Source of the DNA: an uncultured Gammaproteobacteria bacterium
Lineage (GTDB): Bacteria; Pseudomonadota; Gammaproteobacteria; Steroidobacterales; Woeseiaceae
Assembly (NCBI GenBank): GCA_963752875.1
Contig: CAVWAH010000011.1
Coordinates: 121,761 to 185,760 of the forward strand
Direction of reading: 5' to 3'
Length of the DNA: 64,000 nt
The notes below the pieces were generated by a model. That model saw only the letters and a program-made list of their open reading frames with translations, ran no database searches and was not told where the DNA came from. A program made the position numbers and the translations under genes. Positions 36,914 through 47,520 of this stretch are shown here, piece after piece; the first letter of the stretch is position 1, and the number at the start of each line of letters is the position of its first letter.

Positions 36914-38698
36914 ATGAGTAACAAGAAGCCTTTGGGTATCACAGAACTCGCCCTGCGAGATACTCACCAGAGCCTGCTCGCGACGCGCATGCGTATCGAC
37001 GACATGCTCCCGATCGCGGACAAACTCGACCGCGTCGGATTCTGGTCAATCGAATCGTGGGGCGGCGCGACGTTTGATGCCTGCATTCGTTATCTCGGCG
37101 AGGACCCGTGGGAGCGCATCCGTCGCCTCAAGGCGGCGATGCCCAACACGCCGCAGCAGATGTTGTTCCGCGGCCAGAATATTCTCGGCTATCGCCATTA
37201 CGCTGACGATCTGGTTCACAAGTTCGTCGAACGCTGCGCGGTCAACGGAGTGGACGTGTTCCGCATCTTTGATGCGCTGAACGACTTGAGAAATCTCGAG
37301 ACGGCGATCAAGGCGACGCTTGAGGTCGGCAAACATGCGCAGGGCACGATTTCCTACACGGTTAGCGATGTCCACACGATTGATCTCTGGGTAGATATGG
37401 GCAAACGCCTCGAGGACATGGGCGCGCACTCGATCTGCATCAAGGACATGGCCGGGTTGCTCCGTCCTTACACGGCATTCGAATTAGTCAGCCGGCTCAA
37501 AGAGGCTGTCGAGATTCCGATTCAGATGCATTGTCACGCGACGACGGGCCTGTCGACAGCGACGCTTGTTAAAGCCGTTGAGGCTGGTATCGACAATATC
37601 GATACCGCAGTTTCGTCAATGAGCATGACCTATGGCCACTCGCCGACCGAGGCGCTGGTGGCAATCATGGAAGGCACGGACCGGGATACCGGGCTCGATA
37701 TCATTCTGATCGAAGAGATCGCGGCGTATTTCAGGGAAGTCCGTAAGAAGTACGCGAAGTTTGAAGGCGCGCTCAGGGGTGTCGACTCGCGCATTCTGGT
37801 CGCCCAGGTTCCGGGCGGCATGCTGACTAATCTCGAGAACCAGCTGCGCGAGCAGAATGCCAGTGAGAAGCTGGATGAAGTGCTCGAAGAGATTCCACGT
37901 GTGCGCGAAGACCTTGGCACATTGCCGCTCGTGACACCGACCTCACAGATCGTGGGTACGCAGGCCGTGATTAATGTTTTGTCCGGCTCGCGCTATACGA
38001 ACATCACCAAGGAAACAGCAGGTGTGCTCAGGGGCGAATACGGTGCAACGCCTGCGCCGGTCAATGCCGAACTGCAGGCGCAAGTGTTGGAGGGCGCCGA
38101 TCCTGTTACTTGTCGTCCCGCTGATTTGCTCGAACCAGAGCTTGAGGCGCAAACCGCAGAACTGACTCGAATCGCGGGAGAGAAGGGCATTCGCCTCGCG
38201 GACGCAGTTGTAGACGACGTGTTGACCTACGCGCTGTTTCCGCAGATTGGTCTGATGTTCCTCGAGAATCGTGACAATCCCGATGCGTTCGAACCCGCAC
38301 CCTGGGATGAACCTGAAGCGCCGGCAGTAGCTCCCGCTGCTGCTTCCGCGGGTGGGGCAGGCGTTTACTCGGTCAAGGTCAACGGCAAGGAGTTCACGGT
38401 CGAAGTGGCCGAGAGTGGGCAGCTGGCGAGCGTTGCGCCTGCGCCCTCGGCGGCGCCGGCTGCGGACGCACCGGCTGCTGATGGTGGCGAACGGATCCCC
38501 GCGGTTCTCGCGGGCAATATTTTCAAAGTACAGGTTGCGCCAGGTGACCAGGTCAACAAGGGTGATCCACTCATCGTCGTTGAGGCGATGAAAATGGAAA
38601 CGGCAGTTGTATCGCCGAGATCCGGCACTGTGATCGATGTGTTCGTGCACGAGGGTGACGCAGTCGCCGTCGGCGACGCGCTCGTCGCGATAGGCTGA
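36914..38698 (+). CDS. oadA: oxaloacetate decarboxylase alpha subunit (carboxyltransferase plus biotinyl carrier domain)
   Basis: HMGL-like/pyruvate carboxyltransferase N-terminal domain, a Pro/Ala linker, and C-terminal biotinylation motif EAMKME. Confidence 0.9.
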   Translation: MSNKKPLGITELALRDTHQSLLATRMRIDDMLPIADKLDRVGFWSIESWGGATFDACIRYLGEDPWERIRRLKAAMPNTPQQMLFRGQNILGYRHYADDLVHKFVERCAVNGVDVFRIFDALNDLRNLETAIKATLEVGKHAQGTISYTVSDVHTIDLWVDMGKRLEDMGAHSICIKDMAGLLRPYTAFELVSRLKEAVEIPIQMHCHATTGLSTATLVKAVEAGIDNIDTAVSSMSMTYGHSPTEALVAIMEGTDRDTGLDIILIEEIAAYFREVRKKYAKFEGALRGVDSRILVAQVPGGMLTNLENQLREQNASEKLDEVLEEIPRVREDLGTLPLVTPTSQIVGTQAVINVLSGSRYTNITKETAGVLRGEYGATPAPVNAELQAQVLEGADPVTCRPADLLEPELEAQTAELTRIAGEKGIRLADAVVDDVLTYALFPQIGLMFLENRDNPDAFEPAPWDEPEAPAVAPAAASAGGAGVYSVKVNGKEFTVEVAESGQLASVAPAPSAAPAADAPAADGGERIPAVLAGNIFKVQVAPGDQVNKGDPLIVVEAMKMETAVVSPRSGTVIDVFVHEGDAVAVGDALVAIG

Positions 38699-38711
38699 GA
38701 CCGGCAGACTA

Positions 38712-39842
38712 ATGGACCTTATCGAGCAAATCTGGACCGGTTCCGGCATCTACCAGATAACCGGCGGGCAACTCGCCATGCTCGCTGTCTGCCTGTTGTT
38801 GCTCTATCTCGGTATCGTCAAGAAGTTCGAGCCGCTGTTGCTTGTGACGATCGGTTTTGGCGGCCTGCTCAGCAACATCCCGGGCGCGGGCGTAGCTGAG
38901 CCAGGCGGGCTCCTCTACCTTGCCTACGAAGTTGGCATCAAGTCCGGCGCTTTCCCACTGATCATCTTCATGGGTGTGGGAGCCCTGACGGACTTTGGGC
39001 CGCTGTTGGCCAATCCGCGGACTCTGTTCCTCGGTGCCGCAGCGCAGTTCGGAATTTTTGCCACCCTGCTCGGCGCCCTGGGTATGACACAGCTCGGCTG
39101 GATGGACTTCTCATTGCGAGAAGCCGCCGCGATCGGGATTATCGGCGGCGCGGACGGGCCGACGGCAATTTATGTGGCCGGGCAGCTGGCACCCAACCTG
39201 CTGGGCCCGATTGCGGTTGCCGCGTATTCGTACATGGCCCTCGTGCCACTGATTCAGCCGCCGATCATGAGAGCGCTGACGAGCAAGGCAGAACGCAGCA
39301 TTGAAATGGTGCAGTTGCGAAAAGTCTCCAGGACGGAGCGCATCATGTTCCCGCTGATGCTGTTGTTGCTCGTCGGGCTGTTGCTGCCGACGGCTGCTCC
39401 GCTGCTCGGTATGCTTGCGTTTGGCAACCTGATGCGCGAGTGCGGTGTTGTCGATCGCCTGTCGAACACCACTCAGAACGCACTCATCAATATTGTGACG
39501 ATATTTCTCGGGCTCGCGGTCGGTTCAAAGCTGAGCGCAGACGAGTTTCTGGTGGCGAGCACGCTCGGCATCCTGTTGCTTGGAATGGTCGCTTTTGCGA
39601 TCGGTACTGCAAGCGGTGTCATCATGGGCAAGATGCTCAACAAGGTATCAACGCAACCGATCAACCCGTTGATTGGCGCGGCGGGTGTATCGGCGGTCCC
39701 AATGGCAGCGCGCGTTGCCAACAAAGTCGGGCTCGAGGCCAATCCGCATAACATCCTGCTCATGCATGCCATGGGGCCGAATGTCGCCGGTGTCATAGGA
39801 TCTGCCGTTGCGGCAGGTATCATGATCATGTTCACGTCATAG
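38712..39842 (+). CDS. oadB: oxaloacetate decarboxylase beta subunit (Na+ pump)
   Basis: 376-aa polytopic protein with the OadB pattern, in gene order G-A-B. Confidence 0.9.
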   Translation: MDLIEQIWTGSGIYQITGGQLAMLAVCLLLLYLGIVKKFEPLLLVTIGFGGLLSNIPGAGVAEPGGLLYLAYEVGIKSGAFPLIIFMGVGALTDFGPLLANPRTLFLGAAAQFGIFATLLGALGMTQLGWMDFSLREAAAIGIIGGADGPTAIYVAGQLAPNLLGPIAVAAYSYMALVPLIQPPIMRALTSKAERSIEMVQLRKVSRTERIMFPLMLLLLVGLLLPTAAPLLGMLAFGNLMRECGVVDRLSNTTQNALINIVTIFLGLAVGSKLSADEFLVASTLGILLLGMVAFAIGTASGVIMGKMLNKVSTQPINPLIGAAGVSAVPMAARVANKVGLEANPHNILLMHAMGPNVAGVIGSAVAAGIMIMFTS

Positions 39843-39856
39843 CCACGGAAGTCTTT

Positions 39857-40708
39857 ATGCCTTCAATTTCCATCGTAATCCCTGCGAAGAACGAAGTCGG
39901 TGCTATTGGCAAGGTCGTCGCGGGAGCCGTCGAGAAATACCCTGACGCCGAAATAATTGTTGTTGATGACGGGTCGACAGATGACACGGCCAGCGTTGCT
40001 GAAGGTGCCGGGGCAAGGGTCTTGCGACACCCGGAGAGTCTCGGCAATGGCGCGGCAGTCAAGGCGGGAGTTCGGGCGGCGCAGGGTGACATTATCGCGA
40101 TGATGGATGGCGACGGTCAGCACGATGCTGGCGAGTTCGGTCCGTTGCTTGAGAAACTCGACGAAGGCTACGACATGATCATTGGTGCTCGCGATTCCGG
40201 GTCGCACGCCAACGTCGGTCGCCTGTATGCCAACGGGATCTACAACGTTGTGGCGTCGTGGTTGACCGGGCGACGGATTCCGGACCTGACGTCGGGCTTT
40301 CGCGTCGTTCGGGCGCAGCTTTTTAAGAAATTCCTGTACCTGTTGCCGAATGGATTCTCCTATCCTACGACGATCACGATGGCGTTCCTGCGCTCGGGAT
40401 ACCCGATCTGCTTTGAGCCTATTCCGGTCGCCAAACGTATTGGCAAAAGTCATATTCGTCCGATTCGGGACGGTCTGCGCTTCACGGTTATTATTTTCAA
40501 GATCGCGACGCTGTACTCACCGCTCAAGATATTCCTGCCGATCAGCGCGACGTTTTTCGCGGCCGGTGTCGGCTATTACTTCTATACTTACTTGACTGCT
40601 GGTCGTTTCACAAACATGAGCATGCTCGTGATCAGTGCATCGGTCATCATCTTCCTTATCGGATTGATCTCCGAGCAAATTACGGCATTGACCTACAGCA
40701 AGTCCTGA
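39857..40708 (+). CDS. GT2 polyprenyl-phosphate glycosyltransferase (DPM1/GtrB/ArnC-like) with C-terminal TM helices
   Basis: ISIVIPAKNE, VVDDGSTDDT and DGDGQHD motifs; two C-terminal TM helices. Confidence 0.85.
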   Translation: MPSISIVIPAKNEVGAIGKVVAGAVEKYPDAEIIVVDDGSTDDTASVAEGAGARVLRHPESLGNGAAVKAGVRAAQGDIIAMMDGDGQHDAGEFGPLLEKLDEGYDMIIGARDSGSHANVGRLYANGIYNVVASWLTGRRIPDLTSGFRVVRAQLFKKFLYLLPNGFSYPTTITMAFLRSGYPICFEPIPVAKRIGKSHIRPIRDGLRFTVIIFKIATLYSPLKIFLPISATFFAAGVGYYFYTYLTAGRFTNMSMLVISASVIIFLIGLISEQITALTYSKS

Positions 40709-40709
40709 T

Positions 40710-41303
40710 ATGCGGCAGTGCATCTTCGTCACCGGGACGCGTGCGCAACTGGGGAAGATCGCGCCCGTCTTGAAGCTGGCGGGAGAGCAAGGTCTTCGTC
40801 ATTCGGTCTGGTATACGGGCGAACAATACGAGCCCATCGAAGATCTCGTGGAGGAGAATGACCTGCGCTCGAGTGTTGTTCTCCCCGATGTCCTCGAGGG
40901 ACGATCCGTTGTCGGCAGGTCGTTGGTTTGGCTCCCGTCGACCGTATACCGCTGTTTTCACTATGTCAGCGGCGTGAAGGCCTGGACCGGGCGACGCCCC
41001 CTGGTTGTCGTGCACGGGGACACATTGTCGACCTGGCTGGGGGCCGTAGCCGGATCGTGGGGCGGGGGAGACATCGTACATCTGGTAGGTGAACTCAGTT
41101 TCAGGAAATGGTCCGATTCGTTCCCTGGGGGATTATTGAGGCGCCTGACGTTTCGCAAAACCCGTTACGCGCTTTGCCCGGATGACGACGCGGCGGGCCG
41201 CATGCAGAAATATCCAGGATGTATCGTTGTCAACACCTCCGATGCCTCCGGAACCCCGCCGTCTCGGACCACCGTCGAAGCACTCACGCGTTGGGCAAGT
41301 TGA
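40710..41303 (+). CDS. UDP-GlcNAc 2-epimerase-like N-terminal domain only (truncated/degenerate; possible gene remnant)
   Basis: IFVTGTRAQLGKIAPV ~ WecB VFGTRPEAIKMAPL. VVVHGDTLST ~ VLVHGDTTTT. HLVGELSF replaces HVEAGLRT. Only 197 aa, and no C-terminal domain ORF follows in the next 100 nt. Confidence 0.5.
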   Translation: MRQCIFVTGTRAQLGKIAPVLKLAGEQGLRHSVWYTGEQYEPIEDLVEENDLRSSVVLPDVLEGRSVVGRSLVWLPSTVYRCFHYVSGVKAWTGRRPLVVVHGDTLSTWLGAVAGSWGGGDIVHLVGELSFRKWSDSFPGGLLRRLTFRKTRYALCPDDDAAGRMQKYPGCIVVNTSDASGTPPSRTTVEALTRWAS

Positions 41304-41404
41304 GTTCGAACGATGTGAGTGGAGTTGTCGACTGCACACTGCATTTCCCAACAGGGTTTGGTTACTATGACCAAACTCCTGCAACCACAAGACACTGATG
41401 GTCA

Positions 41405-42472
41405 ATGAAGATACTGATTGATATCAATCACCCTGCACATGTGCATTTCTTCAGAAATCCGATCAAGCTCATGATTGATCGGGGCCATGAAGTCATGGTT
41501 ACGAGTCGTGACAAGGAAATGGCGATCGATTTACTCGAGGAACTCGGCATTCCAAACAGGAAGCTATCCTCTCTCGGGGGCGGAGGTCTGATTTCTCTCG
41601 GCAAGGAGCTTGTGCTTCGCAATTGGGCATTGCTCAAAGTTGTACGTGAATTTCGGCCCGACGCCATGTCTGCTATTGGCGGCACAAGCATCGCCCAGGT
41701 GGGGTTCCTTACTCGAACGCCATCCCTCGTCTTTTACGACACGGAAAACGCCAAACTCCAGAATTTAATCACGTACCCTTTCAGCAGCTGCGTTCTTGTG
41801 CCGCGCTGTTACGAGTCATGGTTACCCAGGAAACGGCACGTGCGCTACGCGGGCTACCACGAGCTCTCCTACCTGCACGCAGACTATTTTCAAGGCAATC
41901 TGGAGACTGCAAAATCGAATGGTCTGGAACACGGCAGAGATAACTACTTCATCAGAGTTGTTTCCTGGCAGGCCAATCACGATGTGGGGGAACGTGGCTG
42001 GACGCCCGATATTCTGTCCAGACTGATCAGCAAGCTCAGCCGGACAGGAAATGTAATCATCTCTTCGGAGCGAGAATTACCCGATGAGTTTGCGCCTTAC
42101 CTTTACAAAGGCAAAGTGTCCGATGTCCATCACGTACTTGCATTCTGCAGGCTGTTCATCGGGGAGAGTGCCACGATGGCGTCCGAGTGCGCGGTGATGG
42201 GCGTTCCCGCTATTTACGCAGCCGAAACTGCTCGCGGCTACACTAACGAACAGGAAGAACGATACGGCCTTGTTAAGAACATTTCAGCGATCGAAGACCG
42301 CCTGATACTGCAAGCAGTTGACGATATGCTCTCCCTTGACGAAAGTACTCTGAAAGCAAAGCACTTAATACTCCTTGAGGAGACGATAGACGTAGCTAAA
42401 TTCGTCGCTGATTCAATCATCAATTATCCACAGGTACTGCATCAGTACCGACGATCTGAAGAAGCAGCGTAA
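41405..42472 (+). CDS. DUF354-family protein (GT-B/epimerase-like fold, function unknown)
   Basis: N-terminus MKILIDINHPAHVHFFRNPIKLMIDRGHEVMVTSRDKE matches the DUF354 signature as I remember it. Confidence 0.65.
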   Translation: MKILIDINHPAHVHFFRNPIKLMIDRGHEVMVTSRDKEMAIDLLEELGIPNRKLSSLGGGGLISLGKELVLRNWALLKVVREFRPDAMSAIGGTSIAQVGFLTRTPSLVFYDTENAKLQNLITYPFSSCVLVPRCYESWLPRKRHVRYAGYHELSYLHADYFQGNLETAKSNGLEHGRDNYFIRVVSWQANHDVGERGWTPDILSRLISKLSRTGNVIISSERELPDEFAPYLYKGKVSDVHHVLAFCRLFIGESATMASECAVMGVPAIYAAETARGYTNEQEERYGLVKNISAIEDRLILQAVDDMLSLDESTLKAKHLILLEETIDVAKFVADSIINYPQVLHQYRRSEEAA

Positions 42473-42475
42473 TCC

Positions 42476-44332
42476 ATGTGCGGAATTACTGGCTGGTTTT
42501 CAGAACATGCGCTCGAGTCGGGTGCTGAAGATCGATTGCGAAAAATGATGCTGGCGATCAGTCACCGTGGACCCGATGCTGATGGACAGTATTGCAGTCG
42601 CCATGCAGCGCTCGGTCATACGCGATTGTCCATTATTGACCTCGACTCGGGTCAACAGCCCATGACCAGCACAACCGGAAACACGACAATTGTTTTCAAT
42701 GGGGAAATATACAATTACGAATCGCTCCGGGCCGATTGCGAAAGTGACGGTTATCGTTTTGCGAGCCACTCGGACACCGAAGTAATACTCGCCCTGTTCG
42801 AGACGCGTGGCATTCACGCAATGAGCAGGCTCAGGGGAATGTATGCGTTTTCGTTGTGGGATCAGCAAAAAAACGAGGGCTGGCTGGTACGCGATCCGCT
42901 TGGCATAAAGCCGTTGTTCCACTGTCAGGATGACCGCGGGCGCCTGATATTTTCTTCGGAAGCAAAATCGATATTCGCATCGGGCTTCTGCAATCCGACC
43001 CTTGATTCCGGATCGCTCCATCTCTTGATGAACTTTCGATACCTGCCAGGAGGACATTCCCTGTTCGAAGGCATCGAACAACTGCCGGCGGGTCACGCGC
43101 TGTGCTGGAAGCAGGACGGCAGCGTGCATTTGACGCCCATTCCTCGGGAAAGTGCCGGGGATGTGCATGACACGCTGCTCGTAATTAAAGAATCCGTTCA
43201 GCATCATATGGTCTCCGATGTAGAAGTGGGGGCCTACCTGTCTGGCGGCGTTGACTCGGCGACAGTCGTGGCTCTGGCGCGAGAGCACCCTGGCGCCCCC
43301 ATGCGAACCTTTACGCTGGATGTTGGTGACGACCCAAGCGAGAGTCGTCACGCCGCCAGAACGGCAGAAATTCTGGGCGTCAGGAATCAACTGGGAACAA
43401 GCCACACCGACATCGCTTCATCTCTCAAGAAAGTTCTCTGGCACCTGGAAGTGCCAAAGATCAATGCCTACCAGATTTTTGAGCTGGCAGGTTTTGCCTC
43501 GCAGCACGTGAAGGTTTGTCTATCCGGACTGGGCGGAGATGAGCTGTTTCTGGGTTACAACGCGCACGGTATTATGAACAAGGCGCGTAGGGCGGCACAG
43601 GTCTTGCCAACAGCTGTGTCTGAAAGTGCCGGCAATCTGCTGTCAAGGCTACTGCGGAGCACCAGCTCTGCGCCCTGGAGCGAGAGAGAGCGTGCGTCGC
43701 TGATGCTGCAGTCGCTGGGCAACTGGCCGCGCGTTTATGGCCTGCTCAGGAATGTCTGGGATAGCCCTTCCCTGAGACAGCAAATCTATGGCCCGCGCCT
43801 GCTCGACCAGAAACTGCCAAATGCGTTCGACTACATCGACAGTCATTGGCCTCACCACCCGGATCCCGTCATGGCAATGGCGGAATTCGAAAGAAGTGAA
43901 AAAATGGTCAACGACATGCTCTGGCAAGAAGACCGTCTCAGTATGGCGCACGGTCTGGAGGTTCGGGTTCCATTCGTGGACAAGGAACTATTTGGACATG
44001 CGAGCACGCTGGACCGTGAAACGCTGATGCCTCACGGCCAATTGAAGGGCCACCTGAGGCGTGCTGTCGGTCCACTACTGTCGCCGGAAATTCTGCAACG
44101 TCCGAAGAGCGGATTCCAGGTGGATGCTGCGACATTCTACAAACAACATTTGCAGCCATTGGCAAAAGAGGTCTTGTCACCGGAAAGACTGCGTGATGCT
44201 GGTCTGTTCAATCCCGACTTCGTACGGAAGATTGAGGGCCTGCCGGCGCGAAAATGTTTCCGTTGGCACTTTTTCGTGCTCTACATGATGTTGATGACGC
44301 ACCTATGGATGGAAGTATTCGACACCCGATGA
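42476..44332 (+). CDS. asparagine synthase (glutamine-hydrolysing) family amidotransferase
   Basis: N-terminal MCGI nucleophile, class-II GATase domain, and the SGGVDS PP-loop. Confidence 0.9.
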   Translation: MCGITGWFSEHALESGAEDRLRKMMLAISHRGPDADGQYCSRHAALGHTRLSIIDLDSGQQPMTSTTGNTTIVFNGEIYNYESLRADCESDGYRFASHSDTEVILALFETRGIHAMSRLRGMYAFSLWDQQKNEGWLVRDPLGIKPLFHCQDDRGRLIFSSEAKSIFASGFCNPTLDSGSLHLLMNFRYLPGGHSLFEGIEQLPAGHALCWKQDGSVHLTPIPRESAGDVHDTLLVIKESVQHHMVSDVEVGAYLSGGVDSATVVALAREHPGAPMRTFTLDVGDDPSESRHAARTAEILGVRNQLGTSHTDIASSLKKVLWHLEVPKINAYQIFELAGFASQHVKVCLSGLGGDELFLGYNAHGIMNKARRAAQVLPTAVSESAGNLLSRLLRSTSSAPWSERERASLMLQSLGNWPRVYGLLRNVWDSPSLRQQIYGPRLLDQKLPNAFDYIDSHWPHHPDPVMAMAEFERSEKMVNDMLWQEDRLSMAHGLEVRVPFVDKELFGHASTLDRETLMPHGQLKGHLRRAVGPLLSPEILQRPKSGFQVDAATFYKQHLQPLAKEVLSPERLRDAGLFNPDFVRKIEGLPARKCFRWHFFVLYMMLMTHLWMEVFDTR

Positions 44333-45534
44333 AACCCGACAACGAATATTCTGACGACAATGTTCGCGATGTTCTGCGGCAAACGCTCCTCTGGAGCAAG
44401 AAGCAGGGCATGAAGGGCTACAACAAGCACGATGCTCTCAATAGCCCCATTCTTCGAACGCTGTTGGGCTGGCACAAGTGGCCCAGGATTGTAGCTATAC
44501 AGGGTGTTATGCGTTTTCCCATCAATCTGCGTCCGTTGCTGCTGGTGCCCAAGGTATATAACCCCAAAGGCCTGTCGCTTTTTGTCAGCAGCTACCTGGA
44601 CCTGTATACCCAGGAGGGCGATGCGCATCATCTCGAAGAAGCGCAGAATCTGTTGCAGCTCCTCATGGATAACCGCTCAGAAGGAAACTGGAGCGGCGAC
44701 TGTTGGGGTTACGCCTATCCCTGGCAGGACATGGGCTTTTTCGCCCCCGCCAATACCCCCAACGCTGTCGTTAGCTGTTTTGTTGCCGAAAGTTTCCTGC
44801 ACGCGTACCGGATTACTGCCGACGAGAAATATCTGGATGTTGTTGGTAGCACGATCCTGTTTCTGCTGAAAGACCTGCCGGTACTGAAGGATACGGATAC
44901 CGAACTCTGTGTCGGCTACATGCCGGTGGCGATGAGTATGCGCGTTATGGACGTGAGTATTTTGATCGCAGCGGTGGTGTTGCAGTACGCAAGTCTCAAA
45001 AATGACAATGAAATGAAGGTGATAGGAGAGAAGCTGCTAACTTACGTCCTGAATCAGCAGACTGCATATGGTGCCTGGTTCTATACCGATCCGCCCGAGG
45101 ATTCCCTGATACGGCACGACAACTACCACACGGGTTTCATCCTGGATGCGATCTGGCGGTGCATGGCCGCGACGGGAAACCGGAGCAGCGAGGAGAGCTA
45201 CTTCAGAGGACTGGAATTCTATGCGACAAAGCACTTTCGCTCGGATGGTGCACCCCGCTGGATGAGCGACAGGGAGTTTCCACACGATATTCATGGCGCT
45301 GCTCAGGGGATTATCACTTTCAGCCGGCATTCTGACCTCTATCCGGGCCTGGCTGAGAAAATTGCGAACTGGGCCACAGACATTATGTATACCAAGCAGG
45401 GAAGATTCTATTATCAGCAGACTCGCTGGTACCGGAAGCGTTTTACCTTGCTCAGATGGTGCAATGGCTGGATGGTACGGGCACTGGCTTGCCTACAACT
45501 CGAACGCAAGAAATCAAAAGGTTCACATGTCTAA
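44329..45534 (+). CDS. conserved hypothetical protein (all-alpha, possibly alpha/alpha-toroid enzyme) of polysaccharide-type clusters
   Basis: ATG 44329 overlaps the upstream TGA (ATGA); the track start at 44254 is an extension. No motif was recognised with certainty. Confidence 0.5.
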   Translation: MKPDNEYSDDNVRDVLRQTLLWSKKQGMKGYNKHDALNSPILRTLLGWHKWPRIVAIQGVMRFPINLRPLLLVPKVYNPKGLSLFVSSYLDLYTQEGDAHHLEEAQNLLQLLMDNRSEGNWSGDCWGYAYPWQDMGFFAPANTPNAVVSCFVAESFLHAYRITADEKYLDVVGSTILFLLKDLPVLKDTDTELCVGYMPVAMSMRVMDVSILIAAVVLQYASLKNDNEMKVIGEKLLTYVLNQQTAYGAWFYTDPPEDSLIRHDNYHTGFILDAIWRCMAATGNRSSEESYFRGLEFYATKHFRSDGAPRWMSDREFPHDIHGAAQGIITFSRHSDLYPGLAEKIANWATDIMYTKQGRFYYQQTRWYRKRFTLLRWCNGWMVRALACLQLERKKSKGSHV

Positions 45535-46624
45535 ATATCACTTCCTCAAGAACGAGGCCTATCGGGCACTTGCCTCGCCGCTCAGCGGTGGACGGGCAGC
45601 CATTGACATCAAGCCTACAATTGCGACGGTCTACATAACCAAGTTCTGCAACTCGCGTTGCACGATGTGCGACTTCTGGCAGGCCGACAGGGATCCGAGC
45701 GAGCTGACCGCCGAACAATGGGGTGTCATTTTTTCCAGGCTGAAAGCGTTTGGCGTGGAGTATGTTGGCGTCAATGCGTCGGGTGAGCTATTTACTCGAA
45801 GGGACGCGTATCAGATCCTCCAGCACATCAGTGATCTTGGTATGAGCTTTGGCGTCAACTCGAATGCCACGTTATTCACATCATCCAAAGCCAAGAAGCT
45901 GGCCGCCCTCGGCCCGAAAGCGGTCACGATTGGGCTCGAAGGTGTCGGCAATGAGATGTACCTGGCGACCCGCGGACTAAAGAATGGCTTCAACAAGATT
46001 ACGAGAAGTATCGACAACCTCAGGAAAGCAGGCATAACGAATATCGGTGTCGGCACGGTGTTGATGCGCGAGAATGTCGATCACTGGGTGAAACTGGCCG
46101 AGTGGGCGCGAGACACGGGTATCCACGGCGTGCGCTTCACCGCTCAGCACGACAGCTATTTCAACCCTATTTCCGATCCGAAAATGTCCTCCTACGCAGA
46201 TCCCGAATTCGTGGCCAAGGTGGAAAGCGAAATTGAGAAGCTGATTGAGTTCAAGAAACGCTACGGCGTTGTGAGAAACTCGGATCAGTACTTGCGACAA
46301 GTCGGCGACTTCTACAAAGATCAGATGAGCTACTTCCCACAACCTTGCGTCCAGGGCGGCAATCGCATCGAGCTCGACGTTTTTGGAAACGTGACATTGT
46401 GTTCTTTTGTGACTGAGTCGCTGGGGAATCTGCTGCTGGAAGATATGGACGCAATCTGGAATTCCGAGAAGCACCGCAAGGCCAGGGAGGACGCGTTCAC
46501 AGGCGAATGCCCGAGATGCTATCTGTCCTGCTATGCGGAGGAGAACCTGCGACTGTCACCTGGAGGTTTTCTGCCCACTATGGGGAATTCGCTATCTCGC
46601 TGGAAACGGCTGGTAGTTGATTAG
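45527..46624 (+). CDS. radical SAM protein with C-terminal SPASM/twitch-like Cys cluster
   Basis: Start MSKYHFLKNE at 45527 (8-nt overlap with the upstream gene). CNSRCTMC (CX3CX2C). C-terminal Cys pattern PCVQGG...LC...GECPRCYLSC. Confidence 0.85.
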   Translation: MSKYHFLKNEAYRALASPLSGGRAAIDIKPTIATVYITKFCNSRCTMCDFWQADRDPSELTAEQWGVIFSRLKAFGVEYVGVNASGELFTRRDAYQILQHISDLGMSFGVNSNATLFTSSKAKKLAALGPKAVTIGLEGVGNEMYLATRGLKNGFNKITRSIDNLRKAGITNIGVGTVLMRENVDHWVKLAEWARDTGIHGVRFTAQHDSYFNPISDPKMSSYADPEFVAKVESEIEKLIEFKKRYGVVRNSDQYLRQVGDFYKDQMSYFPQPCVQGGNRIELDVFGNVTLCSFVTESLGNLLLEDMDAIWNSEKHRKAREDAFTGECPRCYLSCYAEENLRLSPGGFLPTMGNSLSRWKRLVVD

Positions 46625-46626
46625 CC

Positions 46627-47520
46627 ATGAATAAGGCACCGGTCTCCAAAGACGAATACGACGAGTCATGGATCGAGTCGGCGTGGGGTAGCAAGCGAAA
46701 CGACGATCTGCTGTCCGGCGGCGAGCTCGCTGTTCGCCCCAGGATGGAAAGAGCCCTGTCTTTATCCAATCTCGAACCCGGCTTGTCAGTGCTTGATATC
46801 GCATGTGGGCGCGGAGAGTTTCCATTGCTGGCCTGCACCATGGGCGCACACGCTGTCGGTGTCGACTTCTCGGATGCTTCTATCAAATTTGCCAGGGAGC
46901 TGAAAGGAAGCCGCAGCAATCAGGACAAAGGCTCCCTGGAGTTTGTTCAGGCCGATGCCTGCGATCTACCTTTTGATGATGGCACGTTCGACAGAATCAC
47001 AATGCTCGACATTATTGAGCATCTCGTACCGGAGCAACTGGAGCAGATGTTCCTCGAGGTCAAGCGCCTGCTTAAGCCAGATGGCTTCGCGGTGATTCAT
47101 ACGCTGCCGAATCGCTGGGTATACGATTATACGTTTCCGTTGCTGCACCGTATCTCAAAGAAGTTCCCCGCAGATCCTCGCGGTCCAATTGACAGTGTCA
47201 TCCACGTTAATGAGCAGGACTTACCGACATTGAAGCGGATGTTTCGCCGTTGTGGGCTCAACAGTTCGATCTGGCTGGAACAGCATATGGCCGCGCAGGC
47301 TCGATGGAATTCGAGTAATGACGAGTACGGAGATAATCGGGATACGGTTTATCCCATGCTCGCGGGAGCAAGCGGCCGATTGCTGGAACTGGCTAGCCTG
47401 ACTCCGGCCAAGCTGTTGCTTAGCAACGATATTTTCGGAACTGTCTGGAATGGCCGGAAACCAGAAAGAGCCACGCGAAGACTGGCCCTCACGGAGCGAC
47501 TAGCGACTGTTTTTTCTTGA
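46627..47520 (+). CDS. class I SAM-dependent methyltransferase
   Basis: Motif I VLDIACGRGEF, with DACDLPFDDGTFD downstream. Confidence 0.85.
   Translation: MNKAPVSKDEYDESWIESAWGSKRNDDLLSGGELAVRPRMERALSLSNLEPGLSVLDIACGRGEFPLLACTMGAHAVGVDFSDASIKFARELKGSRSNQDKGSLEFVQADACDLPFDDGTFDRITMLDIIEHLVPEQLEQMFLEVKRLLKPDGFAVIHTLPNRWVYDYTFPLLHRISKKFPADPRGPIDSVIHVNEQDLPTLKRMFRRCGLNSSIWLEQHMAAQARWNSSNDEYGDNRDTVYPMLAGASGRLLELASLTPAKLLLSNDIFGTVWNGRKPERATRRLALTERLATVFS

Noticed and set aside
37943-38749. 268-aa minus-strand ORF inside oadA
   Set aside because: Antisense shadow of a clearly identified gene, with R-rich low-complexity product.
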